A stretch of DNA of 64,000 nt from a virus, in IMG/VR virus record IMGVR_UViG_3300043313_000346, positions 12,885 through 76,884 of that record; one strand, given 5' to 3'. The position numbers and the translations under genes are program-made. Below are positions 56,378 through 64,000 of this stretch, piece by piece (the first letter of the stretch is position 1; each line of letters opens with the position of its first letter). Under the pieces are notes generated by a model that saw only the letters and a list, made by a program, of their open reading frames with translations, made no database searches and had not been told where the DNA came from.

Positions 56378-56378
56378 T

Positions 56379-58949
56379 TTATGCTGCCAGCTTTGTCGAT
56401 CGGCGCGGCGTCTCGATCGTCCTGTCGTCGCGCTCGGCGGCGAGCACGCGGTTGCTGCGCTCGACGAAGATGGTGCGGCCTGCCGCCGTCACCGTGATGA
56501 TGCGCCCGACGTCGGGCATCTCGATCGCTCTGCTTGCGGCTTCGACACCGATCGGCAGCGCGGCGCCCTCGGCCGCAATCACCCGGCTGAATGCGTCGGG
56601 CACGAGCACGCGGCTCGCCGCGTAGGCCGCGAGCGTGTTGTTGCTCGCCGCCGGTTCGAGCACCCGATCATCGGCGGCGACTTCGAGCTTTCGATCGTCG
56701 ACGTCGGGATAGAGAATCTGCCCGACGGGCGTTTGCGTGATCGCGCCTTCGCCGGCGATCGATGCACTGCCTGCGGCGAGATCACCGCTGCCGACAAGCC
56801 CGCCGATCGCGACGCCGGAAATGCTTGGCGGCTGCGCGACGAGCACGCCGCGAGCGGCGACGTCGTTGACGCCCTCGATGCCGACGACGATCGCGGCTGA
56901 CGCGGCCAGCGCGCCGCTGCCGTGTGACAGCGACGCGCCGCTGCCGGCAACTGTGGCTTGGCTGACAAGCGCGGCGCTGCCGACAGAACCGGAGAGGCCG
57001 GCGCCGGTGACGGCGGCTTGCCCGGGGTTAAGTGTGCCGGACGCGGCCCAGCTTACAGCGCCGATGCCGTTGAGGCTGGACGCGGAAGCGGACAACGCGC
57101 CGGCGGCGAGCCATTGCGCAGTGCCGGTGCCGATCAGGCGCGCGGCTTGCGCCTGCAGGGCACCGACGGCGCCCCAATCCTTCAGACCGAAGCCGGTGAC
57201 GTGTGCGCCCGCGCACGCGAGCGCGCCGGTGCCGATCGAGAGCGAGAGACCGAGCCCGCTGAGCGTTGCCGACTGCGCGCGCGGCGCGCCGGTGCCCGCG
57301 ATCGTGGTGACGCCCTCGTAACCGGTGACGGATGCGAGCGACGCCTGCAGGATTCCGCTGGCGCTTGATGCCGAGATGCCGCTGCCGGTGATCGTGCTCG
57401 GCTGCGCCTGCAGCGCAGCGGAGATTGACCAGAAAGCGACGCCGAGACCGCTGACGACAAACGGGGAGGAAACGACCAGCGATCCCGACGCCGTCCAACT
57501 CGCAACGCCGGCGCCAGTGAGGGTCGATGCCGAAACGGCGAGCGAGCCGGAACCGTACCAGAACGCAGAACCGAGACCGACGAGACGCGCACCCTGCGCG
57601 ACGAGAATGCCAGTGCCGCCCCAACTCCACGCGCCCGCGCCTATGACGCGCGCGGGACGCGCGATGAGCGCGCCCGACGCGGCGAGCGCGGCAGTGCCGG
57701 CGCCGCTGACGACCGACGGCTGTGCGGCGAGCACGCCGGCCGCGCGCCAGATCGCGAAACCCGCGCCGGTGAGGCTCGATGGCTGCGCGATGAGCGCGCC
57801 AGTGCCGCCCCAACTCTGCGCACCGACGCCGTTGACACGCGCGCCCTGCGCAACCAGCACACCGGCGCCGAGCCATTCGGCCAAAGCCGTGCCAACGATG
57901 ACACCGCTTTGCGCCTGCAGCGCGCCGGACCCGGCGACGATCTCGATGCCTTGAACACCGACGACCGTGGACGCCCCGGCAACCAGCACACCGTTGCCGC
58001 CGGTGCCGACAGCACCGACACCGAGAATGCTGCTCGCGCCGCTTGCCGGCTGGCCTGCGCCGATCGAGCGCGAGAGACCTGCGCCGCTGAGCGTGGCCGG
58101 CTGCGCGGCGAGCGTGCCGCTGCCGCCATATCCTGCAGCACCAGTGCCGGCGAGACTCGATGTCGCCGCGATCAGTGTGCCGCTGCCGTATGCGGTCGGC
58201 TGGCCGGCCCCGAAGATGGTCGCAGGCGGCGCGACCAGCGCGCCGGCGCCGATCGAGCGCGAGATGCTCGCGCCGCTAAGCGTGACACCCTGCGCGGTGA
58301 GCGCGCCGCTGCCGGATGCTTGCGCGAGGCCGCTGCCGGCCAGTGTCGCGGCCGAAGCGCCAAGAGCGCCCAGCCCAAACGAGCGCGAGAGGCCGACGCC
58401 GCTGATCGTGCTGCTCTGCGCGACCAGCGTGCCGGCGCCGAGCGCGATCGTGATGCCGGCGCCGCTGCCGGTGACCGTCGACAGCGAAGCGAGCAGCGCG
58501 GCCGACGTCGAGCGCGAACTTGAGACGCCGGCGCCGGTGACGGCACTCGCACCGCTGAGTGGTGCGCCGGCGCCAACCGATGCGATGCTGCCTGCACCGC
58601 TGAGCGTTGCAGTGCCTGCAGCGAGCGCGCCGACACCGATTGATCGAGAGACGCCAACACCGGCGAGCGTCGCGCCCTGTGCGGCGAGTGTGCCTTGCGC
58701 GATCGAGCGCGCGATGCCGGCGCCCGCGATCGTCGCGGATGATGCAGCCAGCGCACCAGCGCCGAGCGATGCGACGATGCCGCTGCCGGCGAGCGCCGCC
58801 TGCTGCGCCGGCAATGCGCCGGTGGCTTGCGATGACGAGACGCCCGCCCCGGTGATCGCCGCACTGCCTGCGGTCAGCGCGCCGTTACCGGCGACACCGA
58901 GCGCACCGGGCAATTGTCCAAGCGCGAGGCGACCTAGTGCGTCGAACAT
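56379..58949 (-). CDS. Gly/Ala-rich 21-aa-repeat filament protein
   Basis: More than 30 repeats of G.GAL.A..AT..G.G. Confidence 0.85.
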   Translation of the reverse strand: MFDALGRLALGQLPGALGVAGNGALTAGSAAITGAGVSSSQATGALPAQQAALAGSGIVASLGAGALAASSATIAGAGIARSIAQGTLAAQGATLAGVGVSRSIGVGALAAGTATLSGAGSIASVGAGAPLSGASAVTGAGVSSSRSTSAALLASLSTVTGSGAGITIALGAGTLVAQSSTISGVGLSRSFGLGALGASAATLAGSGLAQASGSGALTAQGVTLSGASISRSIGAGALVAPPATIFGAGQPTAYGSGTLIAATSSLAGTGAAGYGGSGTLAAQPATLSGAGLSRSIGAGQPASGASSILGVGAVGTGGNGVLVAGASTVVGVQGIEIVAGSGALQAQSGVIVGTALAEWLGAGVLVAQGARVNGVGAQSWGGTGALIAQPSSLTGAGFAIWRAAGVLAAQPSVVSGAGTAALAASGALIARPARVIGAGAWSWGGTGILVAQGARLVGLGSAFWYGSGSLAVSASTLTGAGVASWTASGSLVVSSPFVVSGLGVAFWSISAALQAQPSTITGSGISASSASGILQASLASVTGYEGVTTIAGTGAPRAQSATLSGLGLSLSIGTGALACAGAHVTGFGLKDWGAVGALQAQAARLIGTGTAQWLAAGALSASASSLNGIGAVSWAASGTLNPGQAAVTGAGLSGSVGSAALVSQATVAGSGASLSHGSGALAASAAIVVGIEGVNDVAARGVLVAQPPSISGVAIGGLVGSGDLAAGSASIAGEGAITQTPVGQILYPDVDDRKLEVAADDRVLEPAASNNTLAAYAASRVLVPDAFSRVIAAEGAALPIGVEAASRAIEMPDVGRIITVTAAGRTIFVERSNRVLAAERDDRTIETPRRSTKLAA

Positions 58950-58962
58950 CTAAGCGCGCCTT

Positions 58963-59148
58963 TTACTCGGCTGGCTTGATCGGCTTTTGCTCCAGTTCGA
59001 ACTTGCCGTTGGCGACGCCTTCCAGCACGTTGATCGCCGGCAGCACCGCCATCCAGTCGGCGCCAGTGGTCGGCACGATCGGCAGCGCGCGCTGGATGTA
59101 CATCAGCAGTGCCATCGCGCTTTGCCGGGTGATCGCTGATTCATCCAT
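58963..59148 (-). CDS. small protein downstream of fibre
   Basis: TGATG coupling. Confidence 0.65.
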   Translation of the reverse strand: MDESAITRQSAMALLMYIQRALPIVPTTGADWMAVLPAINVLEGVANGKFELEQKPIKPAE

Positions 59149-61025
59149 CAGTTAAACGCCAGCGGCGCGCCTTCAAGCGCGGTCACACGCGCGCGCAGCG
59201 CCTTCAATTCCTGCAGGATGACCGGGACATATTTGCTGTAGTCGATGCCCCACCAGTCCTTGTCTTTGTCGTAGGTGACCGCCGCCGGATAAATCTGGTT
59301 GGCCTGTTGCGCGATCACGCCGTAGTTGCGCACGCCGGTCGCCTTCCACGCGAAGTCATAGACCTTGGTGTCGTCGACGATGTTGCCTGCGTCGAACGAT
59401 TTCAAATCTTCCTTCAGCCGCTCGTCCGACGATGTGGCATAGCTGGTCGAGGTGGTGGTGACACCGATGCCGCCGACATTCACGCCGCTGCGGGTCCAGT
59501 AGATCAGGCTGCCATCGACGTTCTGTCCGATGTAGATGCGGCCATAACTGTCCGCGTTCCAATACATCTCCGGGCCGTAGGTCGTGTTGTAGCGATAGGT
59601 CCAGCCCTTTGTGGTGTTGCCAGCGCCGGGGCTTGAGCTTGGTGTCAAGCTTGGTGGGCTGGCCCATCCTGCGCCGAGCAACACATCGCTGTCGATTGTC
59701 ATCGTGCCGGTCACGCGGCTGATGCCAAATGCGCGCGCGGCACCGCCACCGGCGTCGTTGTAGCGGTACAGCGCAAAATCCGAGCCGACGTTGCCGCCGC
59801 TCTCGGCGGAGTTATTGCCGAACTGCATCGTCCAGCGATCGAGCCCGCCCTTGCGCCCGACGATGTGGTTCTGACTGCCCGCCGCACCACCGAGCGCGAT
59901 GAGGGGATTGGTCTTGTTGATCGTGAGATCGCCGGTCAGCGTCATCGCAGCGGTCGCGCGGGTGATCGTCAGCGGCGTGCCGAGAGTAGCGCCCGCGTCA
60001 GTGTAGCTGCGCAGGAGAAAATCCGAGCCCGCGTTGCCGCTGCTCTCGGCGCCCCACCCGAAGATCATGTCCCACCGCACGACCCCGTTCTTGAGCCCGA
60101 CAACAGCACCAGCGTTTGCGAGCGGCGCATCGAGCGCAAGGGCGGGAAAGGCTGCGGTCTTGATCGTGAGATCGGCGGTGAACGTTGCCTTGCCGGTCGC
60201 GCGGCTGATGCTGAGCACGTCGCTGAGCACGTTGCCGGCATCGTCATAGCGCGTGATGTAGAAATTCGAGCCGGCGTTGCCGCCGGTTTCTGCATCGCCC
60301 GCGCCCGGCATGATCAGCCAGCGGTTCAAGCCGTTATATTGGCCCCAGATCGCTCCACCGGCGATGCTGGTCTTGTTGAGGATCAGCGCCGGGCTCGCCT
60401 TGGCGATGCGCAGATCGCCGCCATTGACGGTGAGGCCGTAATAACACGTCACCAGACCGTTCGATCGCGTGATGCCGAACGGGTTGATGGTGTTGATGCC
60501 ATCATCGCGAAACGCGCGCATGATGAAGTCCGAGCCGACGTTGCCGCCGCTCTCGGCGCTGCCGTCGCCCATGAAAAAATCCCAGCGCACAAGGTTGTTC
60601 TTCATGCCCTGCACGATCGGCGAGCCGGCACCGGCGGGGCAATTGATCTGCACCGCCGTGTAGGGCCCGGGCGACGTCACCTTGATGCTGCCCTCGATCG
60701 TATCGCCCTTGCGCGAGACGTAATCTTCCGAGCGCACGCAGATAAAAATCTGTGCCGATCCCGACAGCGCGATCGCCGCGTTGCTGTTGGTCGAGTTGGT
60801 CGGCGTGCGTCCGGTCAGTTGCGGCCCGGTCGCGCTATAGGTCGCGGTGCCGACTTCGCTGTTGGCCCCGTCGGCGATGCCGTAGGAGATCAGATCGCCG
60901 TCGGCGACACCGGAGAGTGCGAACGACAGATAGCCGGCGACCGCAACACCGAGCGCGATGGTCGCGCCGGCGCCGGTGGTCGGCGTCGTCATCCGCGCCA
61001 GATTGGTGAGCTTGGCCGCCGCCAT
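59148..61025 (-). CDS. second fibre protein with S74-type chaperone domain
   Basis: Four RW..G...ESGGN.GSDF repeats; SDERLKED..GVIAQ..IDYSK. Confidence 0.88.
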   Translation of the reverse strand: MAAAKLTNLARMTTPTTGAGATIALGVAVAGYLSFALSGVADGDLISYGIADGANSEVGTATYSATGPQLTGRTPTNSTNSNAAIALSGSAQIFICVRSEDYVSRKGDTIEGSIKVTSPGPYTAVQINCPAGAGSPIVQGMKNNLVRWDFFMGDGSAESGGNVGSDFIMRAFRDDGINTINPFGITRSNGLVTCYYGLTVNGGDLRIAKASPALILNKTSIAGGAIWGQYNGLNRWLIMPGAGDAETGGNAGSNFYITRYDDAGNVLSDVLSISRATGKATFTADLTIKTAAFPALALDAPLANAGAVVGLKNGVVRWDMIFGWGAESSGNAGSDFLLRSYTDAGATLGTPLTITRATAAMTLTGDLTINKTNPLIALGGAAGSQNHIVGRKGGLDRWTMQFGNNSAESGGNVGSDFALYRYNDAGGGAARAFGISRVTGTMTIDSDVLLGAGWASPPSLTPSSSPGAGNTTKGWTYRYNTTYGPEMYWNADSYGRIYIGQNVDGSLIYWTRSGVNVGGIGVTTTSTSYATSSDERLKEDLKSFDAGNIVDDTKVYDFAWKATGVRNYGVIAQQANQIYPAAVTYDKDKDWWGIDYSKYVPVILQELKALRARVTALEGAPLAFN

Positions 61026-61028
61026 TGA

Positions 61029-61406
61029 TCAGACCGGCGCGCTGTAGGTCAGGCTGGTGAGCGAGACCTGTTGCCCGGCCGAGATCACCACGCTGTTCAA
61101 CGTGATGTCGCCGCCGCCGCCGGTGGCGGTGACCGAGCACAGGACGACCGGCGTGGCGGCGCCCTGCCGAAGCTCGGCCTTGGCGATGGTGCCGCCGGCC
61201 GCGTTGGTGTCGGGCGCGATCGCGTTCGCGGTGGCGGTGCCGTTGGCTGCCGCGCCGAATGCCGGATTGGCGAGGGTCAGTGTCGCGACCGGGACGTTGC
61301 CCGACGTCAGAAACACCAGCTTGCCGGGCGGTGTGTTGAGATCGAGTTGATCGACCACCAGATCGCACATCAGGTTGCGGATCGCGGTCGGATGCGTGAC
61401 TGCCAT
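61029..61406 (-). CDS. small structural (fibre-associated) protein
   Basis: GGAGG RBS; beta-rich Gly/Ala/Thr. Confidence 0.75.
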   Translation of the reverse strand: MAVTHPTAIRNLMCDLVVDQLDLNTPPGKLVFLTSGNVPVATLTLANPAFGAAANGTATANAIAPDTNAAGGTIAKAELRQGAATPVVLCSVTATGGGGDITLNSVVISAGQQVSLTSLTYSAPV

Positions 61407-61410
61407 TGGT

Positions 61411-61590
61411 CTATCCCTCCCCTGTCATCGTTGCCTGCGGCCCGCCCTCGCGCACCTTGCCTTGCTCGATCCAGCGCGGAATCAGCGCGCGCAGCGCGAC
61501 ATCTTCCTCGCGCGCCTCGTAGGACAGGCCGGCGACGTATTCACTGCCAAGCTCTTCGCAAAAGAAGCTGTCGATCACCGTGAAGCGCAT
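61411..61590 (-). CDS. hypothetical protein, 59 aa (not in ORF track)
   Basis: GAGGA RBS; MRFTVIDSFFCEELGSEYVAGLSY... Confidence 0.65.
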   Translation of the reverse strand: MRFTVIDSFFCEELGSEYVAGLSYEAREEDVALRALIPRWIEQGKVREGGPQATMTGEG

Positions 61591-61624
61591 GATGTCCTCA
61601 AAGCTGTGCCAGTGTTTGTGGGAC

Positions 61625-62032
61625 TTAGACCGCGCTCAACGCGGCCACGATCAAACCGTAGGCGGCGAGCAGCGCGCCCAAGAGATAGAACGCGCCGTTC
61701 GGTCCCCAGCAAAACGGCAGCGGCAGCGGCGGCAGCATCTGCGCGAGCGGCGGCTGCATCATCAACCGGCGCGCCTCATTCGGCGACAGCACACCGGCTC
61801 GAAGCGCGTTCGCGAGATTGGCGGTGGTGAGGCTCATGTCCGACTCCAAGATCATCACGCGATGCGCGTTGCCCTCGTAGGCTTGCCGCCAGCGCTCGCG
61901 CAGGCGCGCGAGGCCATCGGGCGACAGTTTCATCGTGCTCACGAAAACGGCGTTCGGGCTCACGCGCGCGGGTGCGGGCGGGCGCACGAGCACGCGCGGA
62001 ACGTGGTGCTCGGTGTAGTGCCAGTGTCCCAT
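61625..62032 (-). CDS. mini-portal-like protein (clip + crown motif + C-terminal TM)
   Basis: PNAVF..LSPD..RLRERW..Y.GNA.RV.ILE then GVLSPNEARR and a hydrophobic tail. Confidence 0.65.
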   Translation of the reverse strand: MGHWHYTEHHVPRVLVRPPAPARVSPNAVFVSTMKLSPDGLARLRERWRQAYEGNAHRVMILESDMSLTTANLANALRAGVLSPNEARRLMMQPPLAQMLPPLPLPFCWGPNGAFYLLGALLAAYGLIVAALSAV

Positions 62033-62260
62033 TCACGTCTCGTCGAGCTTCTCGCGCAGTTGGCGCGACGTCATGATCTCGATCTCGGCGCCGCCATCGA
62101 GCACCAGCGCGCGCACGTGCGGCACGATCTCCTTGATCGACTCGCGGATGCGATGCGCGGTCTCGGCGGTGAGCATCTTGTCGGTCTTGAACACGATCAC
62201 GTCGCCCGGCTGCAGTGTCAGCTTGGCGATGCGATATTCGAGATCGGGCTTGGTGCTCAT
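62033..62260 (-). CDS. portal-clip-like small protein B
   Basis: Paralog of 62257-62532; ATGA-coupled. Confidence 0.7.
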   Translation of the reverse strand: MSTKPDLEYRIAKLTLQPGDVIVFKTDKMLTAETAHRIRESIKEIVPHVRALVLDGGAEIEIMTSRQLREKLDET

Positions 62261-62532
62261 GCGGCCTTCGCACGCTCGTCGCGCAGCACCATCAGATTCA
62301 GCCCGCTGGTGAGGATGACGATGTGGGTGCCGGCGGGGAATTGCTCTTGCGCCCGCGCGCGAAGCTCGAAGCACTGATCCTTCGTGAGCATGAAATCAGT
62401 GCGCAGCACAACGATGTCGTTCGGCTGCAGTTCGAGCTTGGCGATCTCCATCGCGGCGATCGTGAACTTGACCGTTTCGGGCCGGTCCCTGCGGCCCGGC
62501 ATCTTGGTCTTCCCTGCCTTCGCCTTGCGCAT
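62257..62532 (-). CDS. portal-clip-like small protein A
   Basis: Aligns by eye with the resident portal segment at about 49704-49847. Confidence 0.7.
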   Translation of the reverse strand: MRKAKAGKTKMPGRRDRPETVKFTIAAMEIAKLELQPNDIVVLRTDFMLTKDQCFELRARAQEQFPAGTHIVILTSGLNLMVLRDERAKAA

Positions 62533-62535
62533 GCT

Positions 62536-64000
62536 TCACCCGATCAGTGCTTCAATATCGATCGGCTTGACGTTCTTGATCAGCGCCAGCGAGAACGCCA
62601 TCGCGAGCGCCTGCACGCCGTCGATGCGCCCGCTGCTCTTGACCTTGTCTAATTTGCGGAAGCCGTCGGCGTTGCGCGTCGCGACCGCGTTGGCCACGTT
62701 CCACGCCAGAATCTGGTTGCCGCCGTGGCGGATGCGCTGCTGAAAGATCAGCCGTTCGAGCACGTCGATCGCACCGTTCATGTCCTTGAAGCCCTGCCCG
62801 TGCGGGGTGAGCAGGACGCGGCAGCCGATCTCGTCGAGCGCGCGCTGTAGCTCGGTGATGCGCCACGCGTCGAACGCGATCGAGGTTATCCGATAGCGTC
62901 CGTTCAACTCGGCGATCTTGTGCGCCACCATCTTCGGATCGGTGCCCTCGCCGGCGGGATACAAGAGACCGTTGCGCACCCACACGTCATAGGGCGCCAT
63001 GTCCTCGTGCGAGCGCTCGATGATGTTGCCGGGCAGCCAGAAGTGCGGCTGCACATGGAAGACGTCGTCGGCATCGGCCCACACCAGCACCAGCGCCGTC
63101 ATGTCGCGCGTGGCGCCGAGATCGACCGCACCGAACACCTTGGCGCCGTCGGGAATGTGCGCTTGCGCGCCGCAGGTCTTCCAGCGCTCGCGCTCGAACA
63201 GCTTGGCTTCGGCAGCGACCCGCTGGTTGAGGATCAGATTGCGGAAGCGGTTCTCTTGGCTCGGCATCGCGCGCGCCTGCTCGGCTTGGCGCTTGACGTC
63301 GGCATAGCTGCGGAAATCCCCCATCGCCGGGTTGGCGAGCAGCCACGTCGCTTCGCTCTCGATGTCGGCGTCGACCGGCGCCTGATACAGCGTGAGATGA
63401 AACGACGGATCGTCGATCTCGCCGTGCTGCACGCGTAAGCCGTGATCGATCAGGGTCGAGAGCGGCGCGTGATCATCCGCCGCTTGCGTCGAGATCACCA
63501 GCATCAGCGGGTTGGCGCGCGCACCCTGCGCACTGTCCATCGCATCATAGAGCTTGCGATCGCGCGCGCTGCCAAGCTCGTCATAGACCACGAAGCTCGG
63601 TGACAAGCCCATCTTGGTGCGCGCTTCGGCCGAGAGCGCCTGAAAGGTCGAGCCGGTGACCATATCGAGCATGCGCTTCTCGTGGCTCACGATGTTGACG
63701 CGGCCCTTGAGTTGCGGATGCTTCAGGATCGACGCCTGCGCCTCTTCGAAAATCTTGGTCGCCTGCTTGCGATCGTTGGCGCAGCTATAAGCCTCGCCGC
63801 GCTCTTCGCTCTCGGGCCCGAACGTGTGGCAGAGCGCGAGCAAAGCGGCGAGCGCGGTCTTTCCGTTTTTGCGTCCCATCGACAGGATCGCGGTGCGAAC
63901 CGGGCGCACGCCGTTCTCGTCGCGATAGACGTCCTCGATGAACCGACGCTGCCACGGGCGCATCTTGAACATCTTGCCGATGTCGGGCCCGCTCGTGATC
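62536..64000 (-). CDS. terL: terminase large subunit, 5' partial
   Basis: GRKNGKT Walker A, VVYDE, ISTQ, AVDLG nuclease motif, RIDG; frame open to the window edge. Confidence 0.96.
   Translation of the reverse strand, partial: ITSGPDIGKMFKMRPWQRRFIEDVYRDENGVRPVRTAILSMGRKNGKTALAALLALCHTFGPESEERGEAYSCANDRKQATKIFEEAQASILKHPQLKGRVNIVSHEKRMLDMVTGSTFQALSAEARTKMGLSPSFVVYDELGSARDRKLYDAMDSAQGARANPLMLVISTQAADDHAPLSTLIDHGLRVQHGEIDDPSFHLTLYQAPVDADIESEATWLLANPAMGDFRSYADVKRQAEQARAMPSQENRFRNLILNQRVAAEAKLFERERWKTCGAQAHIPDGAKVFGAVDLGATRDMTALVLVWADADDVFHVQPHFWLPGNIIERSHEDMAPYDVWVRNGLLYPAGEGTDPKMVAHKIAELNGRYRITSIAFDAWRITELQRALDEIGCRVLLTPHGQGFKDMNGAIDVLERLIFQQRIRHGGNQILAWNVANAVATRNADGFRKLDKVKSSGRIDGVQALAMAFSLALIKNVKPIDIEALIG

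Larger units (their letters stand above)
1..64000. mobile_element. Temperate phage genome segment (HK97-type head, Mu-like contractile tail)
   Basis: terL, protease-capsid, portal, sheath, tube, baseplate, fibres, endolysin and integrase present; no host housekeeping genes seen. Confidence 0.97.

Noticed and set aside
1-64000. tRNA/rRNA genes and DNA replication genes
   Set aside because: None recognised by eye; the replication module and terS probably lie outside the window

Overview
This GC-rich window is most of the genome of a temperate tailed phage with an HK97-type head and a Mu-like contractile tail. The host is probably a soil alphaproteobacterium (inference from gene families). The left arm (1-28.3 kb, + strand) holds about 70 small, tightly coupled early/accessory genes. 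It also has a tyrosine integrase with an apparently intact attP, AlpA/LuxR/XRE regulators and a recurring TGTCACA-N3-TGTGACA operator. The right arm (28.3-64 kb, - strand) is the morphogenesis and lysis operon, running from a partial terL to an amidase endolysin. Three features stand out. (1) At 13.1-19.4 kb, eight genes are each preceded by a copy of a conserved ~90-nt structured RNA-like element with covarying stems, an invariant CGCAAC loop and a possible stop-codon-coupled switch. (2) Three tiny genes directly after terL each encode an isolated portal clip-like domain, while the real portal lies about 11 kb away. (3) A probable virion-packaged R-S-E ADP-ribosyltransferase sits next to the capsid gene. 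All family calls come from motif recognition by eye; no searches were run.
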